Positions 49,801 through 62,609 of a stretch of DNA of 64,000 nucleotides are shown in pieces. The notes beneath the pieces were generated by a model, which saw only the letters and a list, made by a program, of their open reading frames with translations, did not search any database and had not been told where the DNA came from. The translations under genes were made by a program, and so were the position numbers. The stretch spans positions 182,838,001 through 182,902,000 of the forward strand of contig JBNRSN020000009.1 in the NCBI GenBank assembly GCA_051313645.2, read 5' to 3'. The stretch comes from Centroscyllium fabricii (lineage: Eukaryota). Every line of letters starts with the position of its first letter. Position 1 is the stretch's first letter.

Positions 49801-52800
49801 TCACCCCTTGTTAAAAACTTTGAGTCCGGGGGGGGGTGGTGAATGGATGGAACAGTTCATTATCAGACGTTCCGGCGGTCGTTTCCTCCTGGAGGACTGT
49901 CGGCGCACCGGTGTTGAAGGTGATGCCTCTCTGGCGGAATAGTCCACCTCTGCCGGCGCTGTGACTTCTGGTGGCGGAGCGCTCGTAGGATCGCAGTCAG
50001 GGGAACTCGGGGGCAATCCTGTGTCTGGTGGGTGAACAACTTGGTGGCCGGCGGGGGGTGCTGTCGTGGTGTTTCCGGCCGGGGCCAGGTCCCTGATGGA
50101 CACGGTGTCCTCACGCCCGTCTGGGAACTGCACAAAGGCATAGTGCGGGTTGGCGTGAAGTAGCTGTACCTTGTCCACCAGGGGGTCCGTTTTGTGACTC
50201 CGGACGTGTCTTTTAAGGAAAACCGGCCCCGGAGTCGTCAGCCATGGGGGAAGGGCTGTTCCAGAAGTGGACCTCCTGTGGAAGGAAAAAACGAGATCAT
50301 GCGGAGTGGCGTTAGTAGCTGTACACAACAGTGACCGGATAGAGTGCAGCGCATCTGGGAGGACTGCCTGCCAATGGGATACTGGAAGGCCTCTGGACTT
50401 GAGAGCCAGGCTGACCGCCTTCCAGATGATCCCATTCTCCCTTTCTACCTGGCCGTTCCCCCGGGGGTTATAACTGGTCGTTCTGCTCGTGGCAACCCCT
50501 CTCTGGAGCAGGAACTGACGCAGTTCATCGCTCATGAACGAGGACCCCCGGTCGCTATGGATGTAGCCGGGGAGACCGAAAATGGCGAACAGCGTGGTGA
50601 AGTGTTTGATCACCGTTGCGCTCGTCATATCTGGGCAGGGGAAAGCGAAGGGGAAGCGGGAGAACTCATCCACTACCGTGAGGAAGTATGAGTTGCGGTC
50701 GGTGGAGGGAAGGGGGCCTTTGAAGTCAACGCTGAGACGTTCAAAGGGGCGGGTGGCCTTGATGAGATGTGTCGTGTCTGGCCGGAAAAAGTGGGGTTTG
50801 CACTCAGCACAGACAGGGCACTCGCGGGTTATATCCTTTATCTCCGTGATAGAGTAGGGGAGACAACGGGATTTAACGAAGTGGGCGAGTCTGGTGACAC
50901 CCGGGTGGCAAAGGCGGTCGTGGAGGTCCTTCAGCCGGTCTAGCTGGGCACTGGCGCACATTCCCCTGGACAGTGCGTCCGGGGGTTCATTGAGTTTACC
51001 TGGGCGGTAAAGAATGTCGTACTCGTAAGTCGAGAGTTCGATCCGCCACCGCAGGATCTTATTATTCTTGATCTTACCCCGTAGTTTATTATTAAACATA
51101 AACGCCACCGGCCGTTGGTCGGTGAGCAGGGTAAAACACTTACCGGCCAGGTAATGACGCCAGTAGCGCACGGCCTCCACGATGGCCTGAGCCTCCTTTT
51201 CCACTGCTGAGTGGTGAGTTTCGGGTCCCTGTAAGGTGCGGGAGAAAAACGCTACGGGCCTGCCTGCCTGATTCAGGGTGGCAGCAAGGGCAAAGTCCGA
51301 AGCGTCGCTCTCCACCTGGAAGGGAATCGATTCATCAACAGCGAGCATGGTCGCCTTGACGATGTCTTCCTTAATCCTTGCAAAGCTGTCTGTGCTTCTG
51401 CAGAAAGGGGGAAGGCGACAGCCTTGAGAAGTGGTCTAGCCTTGTCCGCGAACTGTGGGACCCATTGTGCGTAGTAGGAGAAAAATCCTAGGCATCTTCT
51501 CAAGGCTTTGTGTTTGTGAGGTAGGGGCAGGTCTTGCAGGGGTCGCATACGCTGTGGGTCGGGGCCGAGGACCCCGTTCTCCACCACGTATCCGAGGATG
51601 GTGAGCCGGGCTGTATTAAAGACGCATTTGTCTCTGTTATACGTGAGGTCCAGCTTAGCCGCCGTGTCGAGGAATTTGGGTAGATTGGCATCGTGGTCCT
51701 GCTGGTCGTGGCCGCAGATGGTCACGTCCAGATAAGGGAAGGTGGCCTGCAAGTCATTCTGATCAACCATATGGTCCATCTCCCGCTGGAACACAGACAC
51801 TCCGTTGGTCACGCCAAAGGGGACCCGGAGGAAGTGGTAGAGCCGACCGTTCGCCTCGAAGGCGGTGTAGGGGCGGTCAGCTCTCCGAATCGGGAGCTGA
51901 TGATATGCCGATTTAAGGTCGATCGTGGAGAACACCTTGTACTGGGCGATCTGATTGACCATGTCTGAGATGCGGGGAAGGGGGTAGGCGTCGAGCCCGG
52001 TGTAGCGGTTGATAGTCTGGCTGTAATCGATCACCAGCCGTTGTTTCTCGCCAGACTTCACCACCACAACTTGGGCGCGCCAGGGGCTGGTGCTGGCTTC
52101 AATTATTCCCTCCTTCAGCATCCGCCCGACCTCCGACCTGATAAACGTGCGATCCCCCTCACTGTACCGCCAACTCTTAGTGGCAATGGGCTTGCAGTTC
52201 GGATCGAGGTTGGCGAACAGCGAGGGGGGGTCGATTCTCAGGGTGGAGAGGCCGCAGGCCGGGCTCTGCTTTGGGGTGGAATTGTCCCGGCTACTGACGG
52301 TGAGGGAGGGTAAGGTCCCGCCGAACGCCACTGTCACACTCTGGAAGTGGCACTGGAAATCCAAGCCTAGTAAGGCTGGGGCACACAACTGTCGGAGGGT
52401 ATACAATTTAAAATTATGGTACACGCGCCCCTTGACGATGAGCGTGACGGAGCAGTAGCCGGTGACGTCCGCGGTGTGGGACTGTGAAGCTAGGGAGATT
52501 TGGTAGTTGGTGGGCAGGATCTGCAGTCCGCAGCGCCGCACGGTATCCGGGTGGATGAAACTCTCCGTGCTGCCTGTGTCAAAAAGACAATCAACAGTAT
52601 AGTTATTCATTTTTATGGGAATAATCGAATTAGACAGGGTATGAGGCCTGCCCTGGTCAACTCTAATTTTAGCTGCAGCAGCCCCTGCTGGCCGGGGCTG
52701 TGCACAGGATGATTTTTTCTGAAAACAAAATGGCGCCGTCCCTGCCCCGCACTGGGAGGGGCACTCATTGTCAAATGACGTCGCCCCTGCCCCGCAGCCC

Positions 52801-54205
52801 GTGGGACCCCGTACATCGGATGATTTTTTCTCTGCCCCACAAAATGGCGCCGTCCCTGCCCCCCACTGGGAGGGGCACTCGTTGTCAAATGACGTCGCCC
52901 CTGCCCCGCAGCCCGTGGGACCCCATACATCGGATGATTTTGTCTCCAAACAAAATGGCGCCTTCCCTGCCCCGCACTGAGAGGGGCACTCGTTGCCAAA
53001 TGGCATCGCCCCTGCCCCGCAGCCCGTGGGACCCCGGACATCGGATGATTTTTTCTCAGCCCCGCATGTGGAGGAGCCCTCGGTGCTAGAAGGCATCACC
53101 CCTGTCCCGCAGCCTGTGGGACCCCGTACAAAGGATGGCGACGTCTCTGCCCCGCACGTGGAGGAGCTCTGGCCCTGTGAACGCGCTGGCGGCGCCCGTG
53201 ATTCGCATGCAGCGGACCGCGGTGATCGGGTTGGCGGTGCCCGTGGTTCGCACGCAGCCGGCCGCGTTGGGGGGTCACGCTTGGCCGGCCTTCTCTGCAT
53301 CAGGTAAGAAGGGGTGGGGGCGCTCGTTGTCTACCCCCGTACCGTCGCTGGATCGCGCCGCTAATGCGTCTTACCTGATCGGTGCTCTCACAGGCTGCAC
53401 TGTTATACCTTCGGTTAGGCGCTGGTGGAGACGTTGTTGGACCTGACTTACAGGCTTTAGCGAAGTGCCCCTTCTTTAAACATTTGGCACAGGTCGCTGT
53501 CCTGGCTGGACATTTCGCTCTCGGGTGCAGTCCTTGGCCGCAGAAGTAGCAGTGCTTAACTCTAGTGTCTTTAGTGGCCGTCGCGGCCATCGTGGGGCTC
53601 TCGGCCCGTGGCGCCCAGGCTTGGGCCTGTTGTGGCGCGGCCCATACATTGTAGGCTTGCGGGTTTGTGCCGCCGTACGCCTGTAATTTATTACGGGCCC
53701 CCTCTACCGATTTGGCCAACGTGGTCGCCTCCTCGAGGGTCAAATTATCCCTTTCCAGTAGCCTCTGACGGGCTTCTACGCATCTCAGTCCAGTAACATA
53801 AGCGTCCCGAATGAGGAATTCTTCCTCCTGCGCAATAGTTGTGCCTTTGCAGCCACAGGCCCGCACCAGGGCCAGGAGCGCTTGCTCAAACTCCTCGTTA
53901 GACTCACCCGGTAGCTGGGATCGGGTCGCTAGCACATGTCGGGCGTAGACGGAATGGACCGGGTGCTCGTAGCATTTCTTGAGGATTGCCACGGTTCCCT
54001 CATAAGTTGAAGCATCCATGACGAGGGTGAAAACCCTGCTGGAGATCCTGGATCTCAGGACATGTAGCTTGTCCCCGTCCGTAGTAGCCTTGGCGGCTGC
54101 TGTATAGGCCTGTAGTAGGCCGAACCAGTGTTTGAAGGTAGCTGGTGCCGCGGCATCCTGGGGACTAATGTCCAGCTTGTCAGGCTTTACCGTGCTGCTA
54201 TCCAT
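49801..54205 (-). pseudogene. Element E gag-pol broken by two frameshifts (near 53305 and 51385)
   Basis: gag MDSSTVKPDK from 54205; ORFs 53300-54277, 51273-53300 and 49801-51348 are collinear with the single frame of element C; RT motif reads YLD-V (one codon missing). Confidence 0.92.
52705..53270 (-). repeat. Tandem repeats in the element E gag-protease spacer
   Basis: SSDVRGPTGCGAGATSFDNECPSQCGAGTAPFC-like units x3 plus AACE[SP]RA units. Confidence 0.88.
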
Positions 54206-54629
54206 TTTAAAACTAGTAATTAAAATTGTAGTGAAGTCGATAACCCAATTAAAAGGCGACAAGTTAGTACCGAACAAAAGGCTTTTAATTACTAAACAAT
54301 GGAGCTACTCTCCAGGCAACAACTGTAACAGAACTGGGTGGAGCCCCGGTCAGACCACACCTATATAGAGCCCCACAAGGGGAGGAGTCGGGGGTGTGGC
54401 TGATCTGGCTCCCAACAAGATCACAGTAAAACAGGGCTGTGCCTAACATCAGCACAGCCCACAATCAGTCATGACAACACAGCAGTGGAATACAGTGGAA
54501 TACGATTACCACAGTCATCAAAATAAATTGAAGTCTGTGTGCATTTATTTTATGATGAAGATTGACCGAGTGAAACGTGTCATCGACACCACTGCGGCAT
54601 GCAAAAATAAGTTACAAAGACAAGCAGTG

Positions 54630-54860
54630 TGTGGTAAACCATTATCCCTAATGTAAATACCTGTACATATGCATGCAGGAGCTTGCCCCGGCTGACCCCG
54701 CCCCTGACTCCACCTCTGGACTCGGGTATATAGGTGCTTGCTCACCCACCTCTGGTCAGTACACCACGGAGCTCAGCCGAGACACGCTCCATTCTTTCAT
54801 CAATAAAAGCCGTATAGTTAAGGTTAACTCTTCGTCTTTGGCCTTATTGATGGTACATCA
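54630..54860 (+). mobile_element. Solo LTR (B/C/D/E lineage)
   Basis: TGTGGTAAACC...CATCA; TSD CAGTG; AATAAAAGCC. Confidence 0.9.
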
Positions 54861-55207
54861 CAGTGATTACCCATTCAATAAAAGGTTCACAGTATTAAGG
54901 TTTCAGTGACACACAGTAATACTTGACTTGATGAGCGGTTTTCAACTTTTAAGAGGTTACTTTGAAAGTTTGAATTGCCTTTTATTTGGGGCTAAATTCC
55001 TCAGTCCCCCTTCCAGTCACCTGCACCACAGCTACACCAGCACTGTGCCTTTCTCAAATAATAGTAACCTTGTAATGTTCCAGAGCATAAACGTACAGAA
55101 AACAATTTTAGGCAATATTATCTGATAGAAACCAAATCACTGCAGTGAAATAGAAAAAATGTTGGGTACTTAACATTGATGAACTGTATGAAGCACACAT
55201 CTATCTT

Positions 55208-55522
55208 ACAGATGAGACGTTAAACCGAGGCCCCGTCTGCTCTCTCAGGTATACATAAAAGATCCCATCACCACTATTTTGAAGACGAGCAGGGGAGTTA
55301 TCCCCGGTGTCCTGGGCCAATATTTATCCCTCAATCAACATCACAAAAACAGATTATCTGGCCATTAACACATTGCTATTTGTGGGAGCTTGCTGTGCGC
55401 AAATTGGCTGCCGCGTTTCCCACATCACAACAGTGACTACACTCCAAAAGTACTTCACTGGCTGTAAAGTGCTTTGAGGCGTCCGGTGGGCGTGAAAGGT
55501 GCTACATAAATGCAAGTCTTTC
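55208..55522 (+). mobile_element. Deu-type SINE, 5'-truncated
   Basis: Aligns to 38400-38690. Confidence 0.75.
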
Positions 55523-56371
55523 TTTTTCACATGAATCGGCACTTGTGCACAAACACACACGCACACACACCACCACTTGCACACACACACCACCACTTGC
55601 ACACACACATAGGCAGTTGCATACATGACTTTCTTGCACACCCATGTACAGACACCTTTTCTCTCTCTCTCTTCTCCTCACCCACGTTTCATGTACTTAT
55701 CGGGAGATTACACCAGAGGGGCGTCAGCATAGGTGTTCATTTCAAGTTCAAGTTTATTGTCACATGTACTAAATACAATCTAGACAGTGCAATGCTTACT
55801 GTGATCCGAACGCAACAAGGACATTAAGCTGCCCGGCACGCACGGAGCCCGCAAGACGTCAGCCATTCTCCGGCGCCATCATGGTGGGTCCCATTCCTGC
55901 TCCGGCTGCTCAGTTCGATGTTAATTTGCTCTGCCGCTGTTTCTTCCGTTGTTACTCTTCACTTGACTACTTTCTGCCCGACACCATGCCGGCTCCCCCG
56001 AATCCACGGAGCTCCGAACTCCGGGTGCAGCGTCCTAAGGCCTGGGGCCTAGCTTTTGTCCAAGCGCCATCCCGACTCTCCCAAGTCCAAACTCCAGGCC
56101 AAGGCCTGGGGCCTAGCACTCAGCCCTCCGCCCATCCCGGCTCCCCCCCGAGTCCTCTGAGCTCACCGCTCACTCCCGACTGCTGATCGGTGCCCCGCAT
56201 CTTACCGGGCTCCCTCACGCCGTTGCTGATGGCAGATGGTGGCCGATTGAGTACTTAACTTTGCATCGAGGTGCGGCTGTCATTCATGGCGGCCGCTCCA
56301 GCCGGAACCAGAAATCAGTCGATACGGAAATGTATGGAATTTATTTGCTGATTCATACAACTGGCATGATA

Positions 56372-56575
56372 CAGGTCCGACACCGTTAATCCGGCACCGG
56401 CGGGACCAGGCTGGTGCTGGAATTTGTGCATGCGCAGACCAGTCGGGGAGAGGCCCGGGCATGCACAGCCAAGCGCGGCGGCCATTTTGTGCAAGTGCAG
56501 ACCAGTCGGCCGGATTCATTCCGGACGACTTAAGTTTCCAGATTACCGGTGTCCGGATTAACGGTGCCGGACCTG
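56372..56575. mobile_element. Tc1/mariner-pogo-like MITE
   Basis: TA TSD; TIRs CAGGTCCGACACCGTTAATCCGG / CCGGATTAACGGTGCCGGACCTG. Confidence 0.8.
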
Positions 56576-56623
56576 TAGTTCCTTGCATCCTGGACACTAT
56601 TAAAGTTATATCATCAATAAGAC

Positions 56624-57403
56624 TAATGCCTTATCAATAACTTCAGAGACAAGAAGTTGAGGAGTGAACTAAAGGCTTTTATTCACTAAGACATGAGCAT
56701 GCCCATGCCAGAATGATTGGGGGAGGGAGACAGTCACCTTTATACCTGGGTCCGAGGAGGAGGAGCCGCAGGCGGGGTCAGCACGGGCATGCCCGGACAA
56801 GCTATACATGAAAGGTTATGTACATTACACACAATGCAAACGGTTACAACCATATATATACAGTGGTTTACCACATTCACCCCTTGTTTAAAACAAAGTC
56901 CGGCGGGGTAATGTAGGGCAACCATCAAAGGTTCAGTCTCTCAGGTGGTTTGGTCTGCCTTGTGGATCGGCATATAGTTGGCGGTGGAGTCAGCGGCGGC
57001 GGTGCTTGCTCCGACGCGGGGCCCCTTACGGTTACGGTCACTGGCGCGCTCTCCCATTCGTCGTCCGGCCGGCGGGTGCGTAGCGACAGGTTTGGGGGCC
57101 ATACCGTGCTGCCTGCAGGTGCTAGGTGGGCGTACCGTGGTGCTGGTGCCTCGAGGGGTTACCTTAGCTAAAGGCTTTTATTCGCTAAAGAATGGAGCGT
57201 GTCTCGGCTGAGCTCCGGGCAGTAAAGACCGGGGGATGGTAAGCAGCCACCTATGTACCTAGACCCAGGGGAAGAGTCAGATGCGGGGTCAGCCGAGGCA
57301 GGCTGCTGCAGTCAGGTATTTACAGGTATGCACAACATTAACAGCAAGGTAGTTACAGGTACATTACAGTACTATGACAGTGGTATAACACCGGTTTAAC
57401 ACA
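56624..57403 (-). mobile_element. Gypsy remnant: partial LTR (57160-57403), integrase 3' end with PPT, and a different LTR (56624-56875)
   Basis: Both LTR parts contain AATAAAAGCC; PPT at 56876-56890; integrase tail resembles RSTRQTKPPERLNL. Confidence 0.7.
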
Positions 57404-57961
57404 GTTATTCAGGCAGATCGTAACATTATTCAATAGTTACATTTCATTTGTATTTCCAAATGAATAAACTGCACACGGAAATGATGTGCGGTGCTGAGTC
57501 TGTTGCAGCTTGTCTGCTGTTGCTCCCTTCCCGCTCCTGCACTGACTGCAAGCAATAAACCTCCCTTCTACTTATTCGCTGGCTGACCTCAGCAACCACA
57601 GCTTTTGGGAGTGTCAAATATCGATTCTGCCCAAAACAGCAAGGGAAAACAGAGACTCTCCTAATATAGATATATCGATGTGAAACATTTATGGTTAGTT
57701 TGTTTAAAATTAATTGCATTCATTGCAACTGTGCATTCTGCAGGACATACACACTGTATCATAAATTATTGAAGAGTCTGTGGTACATCCACATAGTGCA
57801 AGCTTTGGTACTTTAACTGATCTAGATAGCAACAAATTATATGGCACACAACTTAAGACCAGTTCTTATGTCAAAGCTAGATGGGGCCTATCCTTACTTT
57901 TAGGATAAACATGGCGTCCTCGAGTGATGTGATATTGTGATCTCGGTTGTCTAAAAGCCCA

Positions 57962-58987
57962 GAGGCTAGAAATTTGCATCCTTTGCGCCTCCCGTTTGCG
58001 CCTCTGGGTGGCGATAATGGAGCGCTAACCACTTACTGCCCGGGAGCGGCGATGGTACCGCCGCCCGTGAAATTCTGGAGATTTGCAGTGGCGGTAACCC
58101 CTAGCGCCACGATCTCCTGCGCCCGGAGAGCGTGACATCAGCCAGCTGCGCAGCGTCCTGGTAGTGCCCCGGACCCGAAATTCGTATCCGCCCACTGCAG
58201 CATCGCCGGGCAATAACACCGACAGCTGTTCAGGAGGCCGGGCGCTTCGGGAGCGGTAATTAAATGTAGGGCCATTGGTCTGCTGAAAAACTTTGTTTCC
58301 ATCCCTTAGGTTGCTGTTCGAAAATGTTTGCCTGCTGCAATTGATCAGCCCTGCACTCTGTTGGAGTGTTTGGGGCTGATCGTCGCAGATTCCGTCTGCC
58401 GTCTGCGCTGAGGGATATCGTTAAAATGCAGATCCTGCAGCAATGACCCTTCCCTTTAAGAGAGGGAAGGAGCATCGGAGCCCAGCAATGCTGCATGGGA
58501 GATCGTGCAGCGTTGTGCCTCTACCGCCCCTCTTGCATGGTTTAATGCTCCAGAAGGGAAGTGGTAGCTGTGGTAACCGTATTATACATAGTTTACCACT
58601 GTAATATTGTCGCCAATATTGGCTGTTCTGTTATCATGTTTGCAACACTGTCGTGGAGCCAGGTCAGCCACACCTCTAACTCCTCCCCCAGGTGAGGCCC
58701 TTTATAGGTGAGGACTGGCCGGGCTCCCTCATTCTGTTCTGGATGTTCGTTCGGAGTATAGCTCCAAAGTTAGTTAATAAAAGCCCGTAGTTAAGGTAAC
58801 TACTCGTCTAAGTCTTTTATTGAGAGAATTGACGATACGTCAGTAGCACTTGATTTAGCGCGCCACTTCCTTCCTGGAGCGCTAACACCCAATTTAGAGA
58901 AAGCTGAGAATCATTAGCGCCTGGCGCTAGTTTTTCCAGCTTTCAAAATTTAGCGTCCCCAAACGGGGCGATACCAAATTTCTCCCC
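57962..58987. mobile_element. GC-rich MITE containing a solo LTR
   Basis: Ends GAGGCTAGAAATTTG / CAAATTTCTCCCC; TAGCGCC motifs. Confidence 0.65.
58569..58842 (+). mobile_element. Solo LTR related to the element C LTR
   Basis: TGTGGTAACC...GATACGTCA; TSD GTAGC. Confidence 0.92.
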
Positions 58988-59000
58988 CTTAATATTTGTA

Positions 59001-59405
59001 AACATAGAAACATAGAAGATAGGAGCAGGAGTAGGCCATTCGGCCCTTCGAGCCTGCTCCGCCATTCAGTGAGATCATGGCTGATCATCCAAACCCAGTA
59101 CCCTGTCCCTGCCTTCTCTCCATATCCCTCGATCCCTATCGAGCCTGCACCGACACATATCCCACCCTATCCCCATAACCCCACATATTCAATCCCCCTA
59201 ACACTAAGGGTCAATTTGTCCTGGCCAATCAACCGAACCCGCACATCTTTGGACTGTGGGAGGAAACCGGAGCACCCGGAGGAAACCCACGCAGACACGG
59301 GGAGAATGTGCAAACTCCACACAAATAGTCACCCGAGGCTGGATTTGAACCCGGGTCTCTAGTGCTGTGAGGCAACACTGCTAACCACTATGCCACCGTG
59401 CCGCC
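59001..59405 (-). mobile_element. Full-length V-SINE
   Basis: Same family as 19938-20332. Confidence 0.9.
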
Positions 59406-59948
59406 CTCATCAAAGACCTCATCAAATATATTGGCTGGTTCTGCGATTGAAAGCCTGACTGGCGTTAGCTTGGCAAAATCTAGAGTTGAAAAGCGAAGGT
59501 CATGGCTTTTGTTTTAACTCTTTTTCTCATCAGCCAGGTTGCAAGCACCTCAAACTGCCCTCCAAGGGCAAAAGTTTCAGAGTGCATTTGGAGCAGCGGA
59601 CAGACGCCTGCTTTTTTATATCATATCCCAAGGATCTTAAGCTGGCTGACGTGGTGATAATGTGAGAAGGAAATGATTAGGGGAATACTGCAGGCTCTCA
59701 AGATCTACAGCTTAGAATTGAGAACCACGTAGAATGTTGTTATGTTGATGCTCAACCAATAAAATAATTAGATCCATGACTTCCCAAATCTTTTTACATT
59801 AACCAAGTAATCTTGGCTGGTAGACTGCACAAAATATTTGATCAAGATATAAAAAAATTAATTGGAGTAAGTGTAAGAGTGACGCATTTTGCCGGAGTAG
59901 TGGGAAATGCCTTTGTGCTAATGACAGTATGCTATTGACCTCAGTATT

Positions 59949-60772
59949 GGGCCAGAATTTCGGGTGCCTCGCACCAGATGCCCACGGACGAAATGCCCCG
60001 TGCGATGAACGCACGGGAGATGCCCACGGATCCGAGATTTCCGATGCTGAGGGAGAAGGGCCCTCAGCATCAAACGCAGGAGTGAGTTGCACCCAAGATT
60101 TCCGGTGGAAAAGGGTCAATTTGCTGCGTGATTCTGTGGGCAACGGAGCCCTGAGATGCACGTCAGAAAAGCTGTAGTAACTCGTGCGTGAGGGAGAGAA
60201 AAACGTTCTTAAACAAGGTAAGTTACTTTTTTACCTTTAATTTTAAGTTTTAACAGTTTTTGGGAGTAATGTGGCCAGATCGGTATCATTAAATTTGGAT
60301 GTTAGTTTTTAAAAAAATTTACAAATCCGATTTTGAATTGCTATACCTATTCCAAATCGCTAATTTTTAAATTTAGAGTTCTGAAATTTTTAACTAATTT
60401 AGTGAAGTTAAAAAACTAAGAGAAAAAATCGCTGACTTACCTTCGGTCAAAAGCTGGACTGGCCGCGCTGCTCACTGCCGAGTCTGTGAATGCAGCGCCT
60501 CATGTCCCTGCTCTCACAAAGGTCCGACTCGGGATCTGTGGGCGTTTTTTAATTTAAATTGGGGATCTGTGGCCGTTTTTAAATTTAAATTTGGGATCTG
60601 TGGGCGGGGCATACACTGCGCTCCTAGCGTGGCTGGACTGCCACGTTGCGCAGGAAGGGGGTGGCGCCGAGCCAAAATGCTGGGAGTAAAAAAAGTCCGA
60701 TGTTGGTGCGGTTCGTTAGGGATCCCCATGGTCCTAGTTGCCCACCAACCGGCAAACCCGAAATTCTGGCCC
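59949..60772. mobile_element. MITE, near-identical to 4260-5127
   Basis: Perfect 17-bp TIRs GGGCCAGAATTTCGGGT; 3-bp TSD ATT. Confidence 0.88.
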
Positions 60773-61204
60773 ATTGTCATTGGGGAAGGCAGGGATTGGC
60801 GAGAGATTGAGGGCATTTTGCTGTGACTGGTTGTACAGTAGCATTGGCAGAGACTTGGGAGCCAGTTGTCTTTGTCATTTTTATGCACCCACTGTCAGAA
60901 TTCAAGCCATAATTTTGAAAGCCAGATAAAAATGGGGTTCTGAGGTGCCCAGACTGAGGGTTTCTTTGTGGGGTCAGCAGTCATGGATGCAGCTTCTTAA
61001 GAGCCATGCACCCAGTGGTTCTTTATCATCAAATAATGTAGCGTAGTCAATGCCACACAATGAAGGCTTAATTGCTGCTTCCTGCACAATGACCACTTAT
61101 ACACATGATCGTGTTTCTGTTGTCAGATACTACCAGGGAAATGATCAAGTGCAAACCCTTTCTGTTCATGAATTCCAGTGGTTGCCATGAAGAGCCCTGA
61201 TGCC

Positions 61205-61470
61205 CAAATGGGCGCCATCACTAAAACAGCCTATTTCCACCTCTGGAACATTCCCCGACTCCGTCCCTACCTCAGCTCATCTGCTGCTGAAACCCTAATC
61301 CACACCTTTGTTACCTTTAGACCTAGCTCTTTGACCAAGCTTTTGGCCACCTGCCCTAATTTCTCCTTATGTAGCTTCGTGACACATTTTGTTTTCCAGT
61401 GCTTCTGTGCAGTGCCTTGGGATGTTTTACTATGTTAAAGGCGCTATATAAATACAAGTTGTTGTTGTAG
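61205..61470 (+). mobile_element. L2 LINE remnant with 3' tail
   Basis: ITKTAYFHLWNIPRLRPYLSSSAAETLIHTFVT; tail GCTATATAAATACAAGTTGTTGTTG. Confidence 0.7.
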
Positions 61471-62609
61471 CTATGGTGCCTTCTACTGAAGGGAAGTATG
61501 CCACCCAGTGCAGGTTTTGCCTCTAGTCCAGCTGATGCCAAGGAAAAGAAGTACAGGTCTTGTCCTTTGCCAACATAGCATTTTTCACTTTTCTGATATA
61601 TGCGCCTGACGTCTCCTGGGAAGGATTAAAAAGATATGGTATCATGAAAGCTTCATGTTATGGTAACCTTCACTTCTGCAGAAGAAGCCTCTCTGATCAG
61701 GATGTGGTCTGCAGGTTGTTGGGCAGCCCAAGCTTTATTACGCCTATTTATGACGGGCTTTGTGACAAATTATGCACTGAAGACACCATTTAAATGCAAG
61801 TTGTTGTTTATGTTGTTTGAAGCATAGAGGATGGAGACAGGTCTCCCCTGTCAGGCCCAAGTATGTTTGGAGGGGTGAGTTAATACAAGTCCTAGTGATA
61901 AACTTTGGCTAATTCTAGATTGCTTTACTATAGTTTGACATGGGTTAAAAGTTTAGAAGCAAAGAGGTAAAGTATAGCGACAGACTGTCTGTACATAGAG
62001 ATCTTTTCTCTCTCTTTTTCATAACAAAGCTGCAGCTGCAAAGATAAGGAGGAGTCAACACAAAGATGTTGACATTTAATTGGGTTTAGTTGGGTTTGCA
62101 CTGTCTCTATATATTTTTTTCATTGGTTGTTTTAGTTTTTCAGAATTATTTGCTGAGCATGTACATTTAATCTTTTTGCAAGGTCTTTTTGCATTTACAT
62201 ATTGTATCAATAATTGCAGTCTCCGAGCGAGCGGGGCACACTTCTGGGTTGCTATGCTTGTGTGCAAATGCAAGGGGTCTCTGAGTGAAGTACCGGTACT
62301 GGGATTACTTTAATAAAATTTAATTATTTTACAGTGTCTGACTTTGTGTATCACTGAGAAAGTGACAGACTGACCGACGTGTTTAGTCTCCTAAAGTAAG
62401 AACCCAGACCCCCAGGCTAGGGTGGGTCCTCCTTACAGAGTGAGTGAGTTAACACTGGGTGGTGATAGGCGTGGCCAAAATGCCTCGGGGGCCATTATAT
62501 CTGCATTTGTCGGCTTCACACAAACTTTTACGCTCATCTTAATTGTGCAATGTATTTATTTGTAACCCTCAAAGGAATGCCATCCTCGCCTCTTTGTACA
62601 TTGTAATAT

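Larger units (their letters stand above)
49513..54513 (-). mobile_element. Near-full-length, young Ty3/Gypsy element 'E'
   Basis: 287-bp LTRs at 54227-54513 and 49513-49799 (I see one difference, at a CpG); TSD GTCAT; PPT AACAAGGGGTGAA. Confidence 0.96.

Noticed and set aside
52705-53270. Repeat-spacer pattern suggesting a CRISPR array
   Set aside because: These are degenerate coding tandem repeats inside a eukaryotic retrotransposon, with no unique spacers and no cas genes.
53295-53320. Programmed gag-pol frameshift in element E
   Set aside because: C and D read through this point in one frame and no canonical slippery heptamer is evident; a copy-specific indel is more likely.
61470-61640. 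Possible minus-strand exon after a pyrimidine-rich acceptor
   Set aside because: No recognisable peptide or donor site; it runs into an L2 tail.
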